Shown: positions 1 to 10,769 of the stretch, piece after piece
How positions within the stretch are numbered: the first letter of the stretch is position 1
Layout: every line of letters begins with the position of its first letter
Origin: Cladosporium halotolerans
Lineage: Eukaryota
Direction of reading: 5' to 3'
NCBI RefSeq assembly: GCF_011745625.1
Contig: NW_027191474.1
Coordinates: 310,001-374,000 of the forward strand
DNA: 64,000 bases
Notes under the pieces: model-generated
The model's database searches: none
Seen by the model: only the letters and a program-made list of their open reading frames with translations
Told to the model about the DNA's origin: nothing
Made by a program: the position numbers and the translations under genes

Positions 1-470
1 AGACGTCTGCTGAAGATATGGTGTCCCTGCGGAAGTGGGAAGAGAGCCGGCGAATCATGCAGCGGCCGTTGCTTTTTGCCGATCTAGTCGACTACCTCAA
101 CCTGACCGAAGTCTCGGTCCGTGAGGACTGGATCAACAGCGACTTCGGAGGCTACCGAGCACCGGGAGATATCGCACATACCTCATTCGAAGCGTGCGGG
201 GAAGCTTGCCGAGCCGCTTCAAACTGCCTGCAGTGGACTCACCATTTACGGGATTGCACTTTTGTGCCTTCTATTCGCTTGGGTCAATCCAGGGAGCCAG
301 GGATAGAAGGCTGGAGGTCAGAGGAGGAGAAGGCCATGGAGTGGAGTGAAGATCAGAGGAGATACAAAGCAGGTTGGGACCTCGACGGCATAAAGAGGTG
401 GATGAGCGCCCCAGGTCGAGATTGCAAAACGGCTCGATGGGTGCGGCCGAGTTTGAAGAGGATCTTTTAA
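1..470 (+). CDS. 3' end of a probable glycosyltransferase family 31 (fringe-like) protein; partial, begins upstream of the window
   Basis: C-terminal pattern PLLFADL...REDW.N...SFEACGEAC...CLQW...C...IRLG...AGW resembles the Cys-rich tail of fungal GT31 proteins; stop at 468-470. Confidence 0.55.
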   Translation, partial: TSAEDMVSLRKWEESRRIMQRPLLFADLVDYLNLTEVSVREDWINSDFGGYRAPGDIAHTSFEACGEACRAASNCLQWTHHLRDCTFVPSIRLGQSREPGIEGWRSEEEKAMEWSEDQRRYKAGWDLDGIKRWMSAPGRDCKTARWVRPSLKRIF

Positions 471-778
471 AATTGGTGTTCAGCTACGCTCTGGATGAGG
501 CAAACCGGCTTTCATTTGACAGAAGCAATAATACTTTCGCAAACTTCACACTCGGGGACCTACATTTCGACTGTGTTGGGATGTTAATGCCATTTAGCAA
601 GTGATATCCTGACGCGACGAAACTTTGAAGAAGCAGAGAAGCCAAAACGAAACACATCTGGCGCCTTGCCATGCTCCATTTTTCGCGACATTATGGCAGC
701 CATCATGAGCAAGCCCAACACATGCCAAAGCAAGCTGAACTCTGGCTACCATATCTTTATCTCTAGTGGCACTGATAG

Positions 779-791
779 ACCGGCCCGGTCG
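779..791 (+). promoter_or_regulatory. ACCGGCCCGGTCG element upstream of the permease; putative Zn2Cys6 binding site. Partial second copy ACCGGCCCG at 832-840
   Basis: Identical 13-mer at 3052-3064 (+) and 9169-9181 (-); CGG-N2-CGG direct repeat; abuts a TGATAG site at 773-778. Confidence 0.6.
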
Positions 792-969
792 CCTCTCACA
801 GCCTGGCTTTATCGCGCAAACTCTAAGACCCACCGGCCCGCTCAGTGGACGACCCCCCTCGCGTTGACAGATGTATCTCTTCTGGAAACACGATCTAGCA
901 ACGTCGTTGATATTAAAGGCAAGATGTATCCATTGGAACTTGCTTCGGTAAATTTAGCGACTTTTCAAG

Positions 970-2634
970 ATGGATCATTCCTTTAGTGCCAAACCAGCTT
1001 TCGTGAGCGAGGACCTACCGAAAGATGAAAAAGACGACAACATGCTCCACCAACAGCAGTCTCACGAGGTCGGTGAGATCGTCGACGGAGTTCTGTTCGA
1101 GCGGACCGAAGTCCGACAGGGCCTTCACCAGAGACACATCCAAATGATTGCACTTGCTGGTGCTGTCGGGACTGGACTGTTCCTTGGCTCTGGTAGAGCA
1201 GTAGCCAACGCAGGACCGCTCGGAGCATGGCTGGGCTACACTTTCGTCGGCTGCTTGATTGCTCCCGTCGTCCTGGCTATGGGAGAGATGGGCACGCTTG
1301 TCCCGCTCAACGGAGGAGTCGTTCGATTCGCCGAACTCTTTGTCGATCCCGCGCTGTCCTTCGCCAACGGGTGGAATCTTGTATACTCCTACGCCGTCTC
1401 CATCCCAGCCGAAATCGTGGCAGCGGCAGTGCTAGTGGAGTTCTGGGTCACGGTCAACAACGCCATCTGGATCACTGTGTTTGGCATCCTCATGCTCATC
1501 ACAGCATTCTCAATTGTCAGGATCTACGGCGAGGTTGAGTTTGCGTTTTGTACGCTCAAGATTCTTCTGATTATCGGAGTCAACCTCATGGCTCTGGTGG
1601 TCACTTGCGGCGGCGGTCCGAACCATGAGAGTATTGGGTTTCGCTACTGGAAGCACCCTGGACCTTTCGTGCAATACCTGGGCATCAATGGGTCGCTCGG
1701 CCGTTTCCTGGGTTTCTGGACGGTTTTCAACAACGCAATTTATTCGTACTCTGGCATTGAAGCAGTGACTCTCGTTGCTGCCGAGACAGCAAATCCTCGA
1801 AAAGTGATCCCGCAGGCGACGAAACGCATCTTTTGGAGAATACTCATCTTCTACGTTTTGACGATCTTCATGATTGGCCTTGTGGTCCCTTCCAACGATC
1901 CAAACCTCCTTCATTCGACGGGCACAGCAGCGCAGTCGCCGTTCGTGATCAGCGCCTCGAGAGCGGGCATCCCGGTCGTCTCCTCGATCATTAACGCCGT
2001 CGTCATCACATCCGCCTTCTCGTCCGGCAACGCCAACCTCCTCGGTGGTGCTCGAGTCTTGTATGCACTGGCGAAGAATGGACGTGCGCCTGGTATCTTC
2101 ACCAGACTCAACCGCTTCAAGATCCCATACCTAGCGGTCGCTTTCTACGGTGTCTTCATGGCTCTGGGATTCATGACCTTGTCCGGCAGCGCCAGTACGG
2201 TGTTCAGCTGGCTACAAGATCTCGTCTCAGTGTCGACACTGGTCAACTGGATCGTCATCTGCATCACATACCTCAGGTTCTACTACGGATGCAAGGCGCA
2301 AAATATCGATCGGAAGAAGGAACTGCCATGGGCGGCGCCGCTTCAACCATGGAGCACGTGGATCGCGATGACCTTCTTCGTCCTTCTGTACTTCACCGGA
2401 GGCTACACGACATTCATGCATCATCACTGGAGCACCGAGACGTTCGTCTCTTCGTACATCAACATGCCAATAGTGATTGGCCTGTACTTTGGATATAAGT
2501 ATGTTTGCAAAACGGAGGTGATTCCCCTCGACAAGATCCCCATCCGGCAGTTCTTGGAGCTGGTAGACGTGGAGGAACCAAAATCGGATGAACCAAAGAG
2601 TTGGAAGAATAGGCTTGATATCCTGTGGAGCTGA
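970..2634 (+). CDS. Amino acid permease (APC/YAT family, proline-permease-like)
   Basis: 554-aa intronless ORF with RHIQMIALAGAVGTGLFLGSG, YGEVEF and GIEAVTLVAAET motifs; about 12 hydrophobic segments. Confidence 0.93.
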   Translation: MDHSFSAKPAFVSEDLPKDEKDDNMLHQQQSHEVGEIVDGVLFERTEVRQGLHQRHIQMIALAGAVGTGLFLGSGRAVANAGPLGAWLGYTFVGCLIAPVVLAMGEMGTLVPLNGGVVRFAELFVDPALSFANGWNLVYSYAVSIPAEIVAAAVLVEFWVTVNNAIWITVFGILMLITAFSIVRIYGEVEFAFCTLKILLIIGVNLMALVVTCGGGPNHESIGFRYWKHPGPFVQYLGINGSLGRFLGFWTVFNNAIYSYSGIEAVTLVAAETANPRKVIPQATKRIFWRILIFYVLTIFMIGLVVPSNDPNLLHSTGTAAQSPFVISASRAGIPVVSSIINAVVITSAFSSGNANLLGGARVLYALAKNGRAPGIFTRLNRFKIPYLAVAFYGVFMALGFMTLSGSASTVFSWLQDLVSVSTLVNWIVICITYLRFYYGCKAQNIDRKKELPWAAPLQPWSTWIAMTFFVLLYFTGGYTTFMHHHWSTETFVSSYINMPIVIGLYFGYKYVCKTEVIPLDKIPIRQFLELVDVEEPKSDEPKSWKNRLDILWS

Positions 2635-3051
2635 GCGTGGTACGTAGATAGTGAGCGGATGCGTGTCGGCGAAATGAATGAATTTGTTGGCGTGCTTCTT
2701 GGCTTCTTTGCATGCTCGATGATGACTCCATTTCTCATTATGAATTGATCTCGGTGTGATCTCAGAGTTCTGAGCGACAATACTACTCATGATTCCTCAA
2801 GCAACGACGTATTTCGCTTATCAAAAGCGTCCAGTCTTTGACACCTCTACAGCAGTTCCAGCCCTAGTGCGTGACAGGTTGAGTTGCTGATACTGTAAAG
2901 CCCGGAGCCTGATTGGCTTTGTGAAGAAGCCGGTTCGATACATAGCGCCAAAGGCCACTGTAGTGTCTCAAATGGACTGATCTGCGAGCCAAGGACGTCC
3001 TGCATGCAGCTACAGTAACGGGCCAGGTGCTACGTGCTGGCTGAGCCCAGA

Positions 3052-3064
3052 ACCGGCCCGGTCG
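3052..3064 (+). promoter_or_regulatory. ACCGGCCCGGTCG element upstream of the first FAD oxidoreductase
   Basis: The match to 779-793 extends to 15 bp (ACCGGCCCGGTCGCC). Confidence 0.6.
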
Positions 3065-3192
3065 CCGGCTAATGACTGACACCCACCCAGTGATAGCTGA
3101 ACTCCGGCCCTAAATCCAAACTCAACGGAGTTCACGTACATCAGAAACATCAAAACAGGCGGCGGAGAAAAGTTGTCGGCAGTGCGATAAGG

Positions 3193-4790
3193 ATGCCTTG
3201 CCCGAATCAAGCGACGCGACCTTTTCCAGTGGCGGATGCGCTGCCATCTTATTGGCGAAAGCATGCTCACAGTATCGATGAGTACCGAAGCACTGCGCAT
3301 CTTCCAGACCACTGCGACATCGTCATAATCGGTGCTGGGTATTCTGGCGCATCCATTGCGCACCATCTGATCGAGCAGAATGTCAGCCGCAACCGCCAAA
3401 TCCCATCGATACTCATACTGGAGGCCCGAGAAGCGTGCTCAGGAGCCACTGGCCGCAATGGTACGTTCTCAAACTCGACATCGTTGCTCGATTGGAGTTC
3501 GAGTAATTACTGACTACGACAAGGTGGCCATCTCAAGCCCGATCCGCTTTTTAGGGCGGCGAACGTCTTGAAGTCACACGGGAAAGATGCTGCAGAGCAT
3601 GTGGCTTCTTTCGAGGCTCGACAGGTTTCAGAAATCAGAGATCTGATTGAGCAGGGGGGCATCGATTGTGACTTTGAGGAGACGACGGTGATTGACGTAT
3701 GCACCTACTCCGAGGGCAGAGATGCCATCAAGGCGAGTCTCAGTGAAGTTGCCAAAGCCGGTATCTCAACGGCGAAGGAGATACAATACTTTGAGGGAGA
3801 GGAAGCTTGTGAGGTAATCGAGAAGAACGACCCCTTGCACGCCTTTTTCGAAGCTCAAACTGACCCACATCGCAGGTGTCTGGCGTGCGAAATGCAAAGT
3901 GTTGCTTGACATATAACGCAGCCCGGCTATGGCCATACCGATTGGTGTCCCATCTTCTGGAGAAGGCTATTTCCCAGGGAGTCAACCTTCAAACACACAC
4001 GCCAGTCTTGAGTGTCACGCCGTCCTCTGAGACTCTGGAGGCTTTACCATGGTCTGTGAATACTCCGCGGGGATCTGTTCGATGCAGTACTGTCATCCAC
4101 GCTACAAATGCGTACTCTTCTGCGCTCTTGCCTGAGCTGCGAGATAGAATTGTGCCGGTCAGAGGCGTAGTTGCGAGATTGGTTGGCGAAGATGTACCGA
4201 AGATGACGGACAGCTTTATGATGCGGTTCTCGCAGTACGAGTACGATTACATGATCCCACGGCCCGACCGGAGCATCGTAGTAGGGGGCGCGAGAAGAGA
4301 CCACTACACCGATCTGGACGAATGGTTCAATGTGACAGACGACAGCAAAGTGACAAAGAGCGCCCACGGGTACTTTGATGGGTACATGCAGCGACATTTT
4401 CGTGGATGGGAGAACAGCAATACCCGTACAGAAGAGTTGTGGACTGGCGGTAAGTGGCTGACCTGTATATTGGGATCTCGGCGAAACTGACAGGCAGTGT
4501 GCTTATCAGTCATGGGATATTCCAATGACGGGTTTCCCTATGTTGGAAAAGTTTGCGCCAAAGACGGCCAGTATGTCTGTGCAGGGTTCACGGGTCATGG
4601 GATGCCACAAATCTTCCTTTCTGCAAAAGCAATTGCTTTGATGATCACCACTGGTGCGACGGAAGAGGAAGCAGATCTCCCTATACCCTATCGCGTCAGC
4701 CCAGACAGATGGTATCAGGATAAAGAGCACGAATCTCTGAAGGCGTGGCGCAATGTTACGAAGAAAATGCCTCCGCATGCGAACTTGTGA
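3193..4790 (+). CDS. FAD-dependent oxidoreductase, DAO family (PuuB/Ord-like); 4 exons (~3193-3460, 3524-3813, 3876-4449, 4510-4790)
   Basis: IVIIGAGYSG dinucleotide fold, LEAREACSGATGRNGGH, HATNAY, WTG|VMGYS, AGFTGHGMP; three GT-AG introns join the partial ORFs; ends in -ANL. Confidence 0.9.
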
Positions 4791-4914
4791 TTGAACTGGA
4801 ATGAATGGTTCGGTGTAAGCATGATACGAAGCGATATAATTATCTGCATTGTCATATGACTACCTTGGATTTGATCATGATGGAAACACATAAAGTTCTC
4901 TTCAATTGTACGCA

Positions 4915-7647
4915 CTAAATTGGCAACCTCAAAAAACTTTCATAGAGGTCCTTTTCAGGGAAACCGTGGGTTGCAAAGTCGGGCATAAAGAAAGCGCCGC
5001 TTGCATCCGTATTGAACAGGTCGAAGCCCGATATGCTGTCATCGAACATCATATTGCTACCGATGTAAGCTGTATCTCGCTCGGTATTCGTTGCCTGAGT
5101 ATCTTGTGGCTGGGTTGCTTGAACTTGCTCTGCCGATAGCTCCGGACCGGAAGCGAGCAGGGGATCGATGTGAGAGTCGGAGGTAGCTTTCCGCTCTTTA
5201 TACCAATTGATAAATCCTGCATAGCCACCCAGTACCGGAGTGTCGTTGACTTTAGCTGGACCAGGATCGAAAGCTCGGAGGTGTTGCAAAGCCGATTCGA
5301 GCGTCTCGAGAAGCGAAATCTCTGAGCGTGCAGAGTCGCCAGAGGATGCCATTTCCTTGATAGCATTGAGACCTATCTGTAGGGTGCTAGCGAGCTCATT
5401 CGTACGGTAGCACGTACTGTACGCAATTAGCACCAATAAAGAAGCGCGACAGGAGCTGTATTCGACGTATGATGACCTTGCAAGGCCCAGGCCAGTGGTA
5501 CGCATAATGTGTAGCAGTTGGATGACTTCTTTCGCCGCGGAAATGCAGTCTTGCACCAAGGTCTCCCATGGTGCCACTGGACCAGCGCCAAAGTCCTGAG
5601 GCCCATTGTTTGTGTTTGTGGGAAATGGGCGAGAGGTTCTCTTTGCTGGGTCGTGGGGACTCTCGTTGGCTCGTATACGATGGTTGACCAGAATGAAAGG
5701 CCGGCCAGTAAACATTTCAAGCGAACACTGTTCGAGGCGTTGGTGTATTTCTGCACGGGATATCGCGGACCTCGCAGCCAAGTTCGCTAGGTCTGCGCCT
5801 CTGCGGCACGATCGGAGGCTTTTCACATCGGCTTGGAGGCGCTTAATGCGATTCAGGGTAGGTCCCAATTCAGGCCCTTGACATTTGCGGAGAAAGAATC
5901 TACGGTGAGCTGTTAGTAACTTCTTTTCAACGCCGTCATCGCCCCTTCCGAGCTGAGCTGTAATGAGGCCTACATCTCTTGCTGTAAAGATTCGGCCAAG
6001 GTTGTTAGCTGGACCGAAGCGAGCAACCGTGAGGGTTCGAAAGAATCTCTTGCATCTAGCTTTAGATTTGTGGGAAGATCGGTATCGATGTCCGAGCGCG
6101 CGATAGATGTGGGCCGACCGTGATAAATGCTGATTTTCCTAGCCAAATAGACTATCAGCTGAAATCCTTCATCGTCCTTGGGTTCAGATGAGCTGACCTT
6201 TCCATGCAGTATACAGTCCACCAAACGCGACGCCTGACTTCCTTGGTGTGCAGATTGAAGTTACCGCAATTGGTTCTCCGGTGCATGCCGTTCTGTACAG
6301 CAAGCTTGATAGACAAATTCAGATAGATGAAGCCTAGCCCAGAAGCATCTATTGGCAGAAAGTAGAGTCCCATGAGAAGGCAGGCTTGGACACTGAGTAG
6401 AGAACCGGAATGTATGATCTCTGACAATAGCTTTGCGACCTGACGGTAAAAGCCGGACCCAATCTCGAGCTCCCAACTATTGCTCTGTGTGGTGGCGTCT
6501 TGGGAGACCGGGGGATCACATTCTTGTTGCCGATCAGGAGATGCTAGGTGTACATATTGAGTCGCCACTGCCAGCACCATCGACACCACAGAAGTCGCAG
6601 TAATGTCTTTGGCCTCAAGCAAGCTTGGTTGAGAATACATTTTCTCCACCATTTCAGCAAGCCACTGACGATCCAGGTAGTAGTAGACACTCGTAGCATG
6701 TTTGAAGAATACATCGGTGAGGAAGTCTGCCACCGGTCGAGGTGGAAGTAAGGCCAAGACTTCCTTGATCGGAGAGGAGTCTGGATTTGCTTGTCCTACG
6801 CGTATGAAATCTGGTACGCCATCCGGTTGACGTAGGTCCTGTGTAGAATGATCAGTTGACGCTGAAAAGTCACGCGGTGCGTGTAAATGTAGGAAGACGG
6901 ACAGGGACATTTGATTTGGCTATTGCCTCATCCAGGTTTCGTTTGACACGCATAGAGAAGTTCCAGTGAGAAAACTCTCCAGAATAATCTGTAGATGGCC
7001 ATCGCGATTAGAAACACACGCTTTGGATATTCAACCTGGCAGGCAACTCACGAGCAATGGTGCCGTCTATATAGTCAACTGTACACTTCTCGTCTTCGAT
7101 ACCAGGGCTGGTAGTTGACTGGTCGGTGGTCTCCCCGATGACTTGCACATCCTGAGGGCTTGAGTCTGTCTCGTGTATCGTGTCTGGTGGAGAGGGTGGT
7201 AAGGCATCGCATGCTCGCCGCAGGGACGCCAGATCTAGCTCGAGATTGCTGAAATGGTGCTTGAGAATTGTTTCCATACACAGAGACCGATCCAAAAGCT
7301 CCTGGTATGATTGGGCGGGCACCGATCTGCGTTTCTCTGCTCCCGCCGCCGCCGGGGCCTTGAACACACAAGAACGGCGTAGGTGGCGACAACGTCGGCA
7401 TGGCTCTCCGTCCTCGCACTTTTCTTTCAGGCGTCGACACTCGTCACATCTGAGTACATGGTGAGCGTCAGCGGTACAGGTATCTCCAGAGCACCAACTG
7501 AGGATGTCCCGGGGCGATGATGGGTTGGTTGGCTTACGCACGAATTGCCCTCTGCCTGTCTTCTGTTGCGAGATGTCGTCTCTTGGCCGGCCTCGCAGGC
7601 TCCGTTGACAGCCAATTCTCTGAAAGCACGCGCTCGGCCATATCCAT
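4915..7647 (-). CDS. Zn(II)2Cys6 transcription factor with fungal-specific TF (middle homology) domain; multi-exon
   Basis: Exon 1 MDMAERV...RQRAIRA spliced to CDECRRLKEKCEDGEPCRRCRHLRRSC; later LAVQNGMHR...EVRRRVWWTVYCME and IYHGRP motifs; introns near 7451-7537 and 6989-7051, plus others. Confidence 0.9.
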
Positions 7648-8211
7648 TTAGAGCACGTCCACACTTGTATCTAGAGCGACATGAAGACACGGCACGACCC
7701 TGGGATGTCACTACTCAGGCGACTGCGGCGTCTGATCCAGCCTCAACAGCGCTGGCATTTTCACATATCCCCGAGGCCCATGAGATAGGGATGTCGTAGC
7801 AAAGGCGGGGAGAGGGTCGGGGTTGGGGTTCTTTCGCCGATAACGATAGGCGATGAAACCTTCAAGGGTAGGGCGATGTTGATAACGATTCGCCGGCCAA
7901 ATGGCACGGGAAACCCTGAATCACAGCGTCGCTACATATCACGAATCGGCTTATCACACTCAAGCTCAGACTAGTTGCCGCTTCTTTGACTTGGGCTTTG
8001 TATTATAACACGTAGACATTGTTATTCAGCAAAGCAATTCACAACTTTCCAGTGACACCGTTGCCTCCGCTCTCGGCGGGGTCGGCACGACTTCGGCACG
8101 AAGGTCCAACCTCTCCATACCGTACAGCTCAGGAGGACCCGTGCCCTCATCCCCTCGCTCGATCTCGATTCAGGCGAAGACACAGTGAAAGCATGAATAT
8201 TGAAGCGCACT

Positions 8212-8949
8212 CTATGCACTTTTTGAAGTATGATGTATAATGCCCTGTGCCATCTCCGTCAAGCTCCCAGCAACAACCTCCAACTTCGCATCGCTGAACA
8301 CATCGAGGCACGGTTCGTGCTCGTATACGGAGCTCCACGCTCCCCGGAAACCGACCTTGGTGGCGGCTGCGACATCCCACATGTGTGCGGCGGCAAACCA
8401 TTTCGCATCGCTCTCACCCAGCTGATCCCATACCGACTGATACGCAGGAAGTGCCGGTTTGGCGACGCCCGCTGTGTCGCAGCTGACGAAGTTCTCTACA
8501 GGAACATCGACGCCGGCGCGCTCGAAGTAGCCTCTGACTCGGGCGATGTCTCCAGTGGTAAAGCACCAGACGGTGAATCCGTGGTCGCGCAGGAGCTGGA
8601 AGGTTTCCTGACATCCGGGACGTAACTGGAGGGCCGAGTATCCGTCAATGCATATCTCGCGCTCCGCGTCTGTGGCGAACGATCGAGGGTCGTCGACTCC
8701 GCAGAGAGCGAGTGTCCGGTAGAAGAGTGCGCGGAGAACGTCCTTGTATGGTTTGTAGCTGCCGGAGATTGAGAGGAAGGTGAACTCTAGCTCTGCGGCC
8801 GTCTGCCAGGTGAAACCGAAGTGCTTCGCCGTCATTGTCTTTTGGCGGAGCTTTGCGCCTATGGCGCTGTCTATGCATTCATAGTATGCGTCGAACGACA
8901 CACATGTCCCGACGACATCGAAAACAACGTGTTTGGGTGATTGCGACAT
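8212..8949 (-). CDS. HAD-superfamily hydrolase, 2-haloacid dehalogenase type II-like
   Basis: VVFDVVGT motif I, FTTG motif II, KP motif III, AAHMWDV motif IV; ATG at 8949 (MSQSPKHVVFD). Confidence 0.88.
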   Translation of the reverse strand: MSQSPKHVVFDVVGTCVSFDAYYECIDSAIGAKLRQKTMTAKHFGFTWQTAAELEFTFLSISGSYKPYKDVLRALFYRTLALCGVDDPRSFATDAEREICIDGYSALQLRPGCQETFQLLRDHGFTVWCFTTGDIARVRGYFERAGVDVPVENFVSCDTAGVAKPALPAYQSVWDQLGESDAKWFAAAHMWDVAAATKVGFRGAWSSVYEHEPCLDVFSDAKLEVVAGSLTEMAQGIIHHTSKSA

Positions 8950-9168
8950 GATGGATCCGTGAATCAATTTGAGCAACCGACGGTTCCTGCGTGACGGCCT
9001 AGCCTGTTGCTCGCGACGATGATGTTTTCATTCAAGGGAATTGCTCCAAAGATGTTCCGCAAGGGATTAGACTTCCGCGTATCGATAGTGACCAAAGTCA
9101 ATCGCCGGCCCGGGGTTGATGGACGATTGCGAGGTATCTCTAGGATCCGGCGTTCGCCCCACAAAGGT

Positions 9169-9181
9169 CGACCGGGCCGGT
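9169..9181 (-). promoter_or_regulatory. ACCGGCCCGGTCG element (reverse strand) in the divergent promoter between the HAD gene and the second oxidoreductase; related CCGGCCCGG at ~9105-9113
   Basis: + strand CGACCGGGCCGGT is the exact reverse complement of the elements at 779 and 3052. Confidence 0.6.
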
Positions 9182-9345
9182 GTCCTGGCCGAACCGGCTA
9201 ATTGGAAACCGGAGGGTATTGTAACAGATGGCAACAGCTTATCTTTATCAGATCCCATACTTGAAAGACAATGCGGCAATTGCTTCATCCAACCAACTCC
9301 GTTAGCATTATCCAGCACATCGTCACGACACTTTGATACATCAAC

Positions 9346-10737
9346 ATGACCAAAATCCATCCCGTCCTGGACCCGCTACCGGCATTTTGGTCGAGGGATA
9401 AAGACGACTTTCATGAGCACAGGACCACAGCCGAGCTCCCTGCAGAAGCCGATATTGTCGTGATTGGTGCTGGTTACGCTGGCACATCTGTTGCTTGGCA
9501 TCTGGCCCACGATGCAGAAGATGGCACTCCGGCACGATCGATCGTGATGCTTGAAGCTCGAGGAGTGTGTGAGGGCGCGACTGGTCGCAACGGTGGCCAC
9601 ATGCGCCCCGACTACTACGGCCACATTCCCCACTATATCGAGCGAGACGGTCTAGAGGCAGCCGTCGAACTCGCGGAGTTCGAGATCTCACACGTTCAAG
9701 CTCTGAAGAAATTCATCGCGAAAGAAAAGATCGACTGCGATTTCGTTCTGGCAAGGAGCGTCGACGTATGGTCGAATGATGAAGCGGCTGCAAAAGCCAA
9801 AGCAACATACGATGCGATGCTCCAGCATGACCTGGACTACATGGACGATGTCTACTTTCATCACGGCCCGGATGCGGAAGCGATCTCTGGCGTCAAAGGT
9901 GCCAAAGCTGTCGCGTCGTTCACTGCAGGGATGATGTGGCCCTCCAAATTCATAACGCACCTGTTGAAAAGCCTCACATCTCAAGGACTCCTCAACCTAC
10001 AAACATTCACGCCTGTCGACACCGTTACCGGAAGTGAAGCATCTGGATTCGTGGTGCAGACTGCCCGAGGTCCAGTCAGGGCGAAGACGATCATTTATGC
10101 CAACAATGCCTATGTCGCTGGCCTCTTACCAGAATACAGGAATGCCGTCATCCCGTGTAAAGGGATTTGTACCCATATCAAGGTTCCTGATGGCAAAACG
10201 CCACCTCACCTGCCGAATTCGTACATCGAGCGCTCCGAGGAGAACGTTCTATCATACCTTATCCCGCGGCCGGACGGCAGCATTGTCGTTGGCGGCTCAT
10301 CGCGGTTGTTCAGTCCATTCAGGGAGCAATGGTACGACAACGTTGATGACACAACCCTGATCGAAGCATCCAAAACTTACTACGACGGATACATGCAGAG
10401 GACGTTCGCGGGATGGGAAGAGTCCGGCGCATACGTCGACAAGGCCTGGACAGGCGTTATGGGCTACTCGTTCGACTCGAATGCCCACATTGGAGCGGTC
10501 CCGGGAAAGCCAGGTCAATATATCCTTGCTGGCTTCAATGGCCATGGGATGCCACTTATTTGGCTTGGTGGAAAAGGTCTGGCCAAAATGATCAATCCTG
10601 GTTCGCCAATATCGGAGTCTGGAATCCCATATCTCTTGAGGACGTCGCAGAGGAGGCTCGACAGGGCGAACGACAGCGCGGCTGAGTTCGGAGACATCAT
10701 AGGTGATGGCAGCCTACGTCCCACAAGTCGCTCGTGA
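9346..10737 (+). CDS. Second FAD-dependent oxidoreductase, DAO family (PuuB/Ord-like); intronless
   Basis: IVVIGAGYAG, LEARGVCEGATGRNGGH, ANNAY, WTGVMGYS and AGFNGHGMP motifs. Confidence 0.92.
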   Translation: MTKIHPVLDPLPAFWSRDKDDFHEHRTTAELPAEADIVVIGAGYAGTSVAWHLAHDAEDGTPARSIVMLEARGVCEGATGRNGGHMRPDYYGHIPHYIERDGLEAAVELAEFEISHVQALKKFIAKEKIDCDFVLARSVDVWSNDEAAAKAKATYDAMLQHDLDYMDDVYFHHGPDAEAISGVKGAKAVASFTAGMMWPSKFITHLLKSLTSQGLLNLQTFTPVDTVTGSEASGFVVQTARGPVRAKTIIYANNAYVAGLLPEYRNAVIPCKGICTHIKVPDGKTPPHLPNSYIERSEENVLSYLIPRPDGSIVVGGSSRLFSPFREQWYDNVDDTTLIEASKTYYDGYMQRTFAGWEESGAYVDKAWTGVMGYSFDSNAHIGAVPGKPGQYILAGFNGHGMPLIWLGGKGLAKMINPGSPISESGIPYLLRTSQRRLDRANDSAAEFGDIIGDGSLRPTSRS

Positions 10738-10769
10738 TTAGCACTGCCCAGCGCTGTGTGACAATTCAA

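Noticed and set aside
9245..9253. Single reverse ATCTGATAA (SreA-like) in the oxidoreductase-2 promoter
   Set aside because: A single copy that is part of a tandem GATA pair, better explained as an AreA-type site; no iron-related genes nearby
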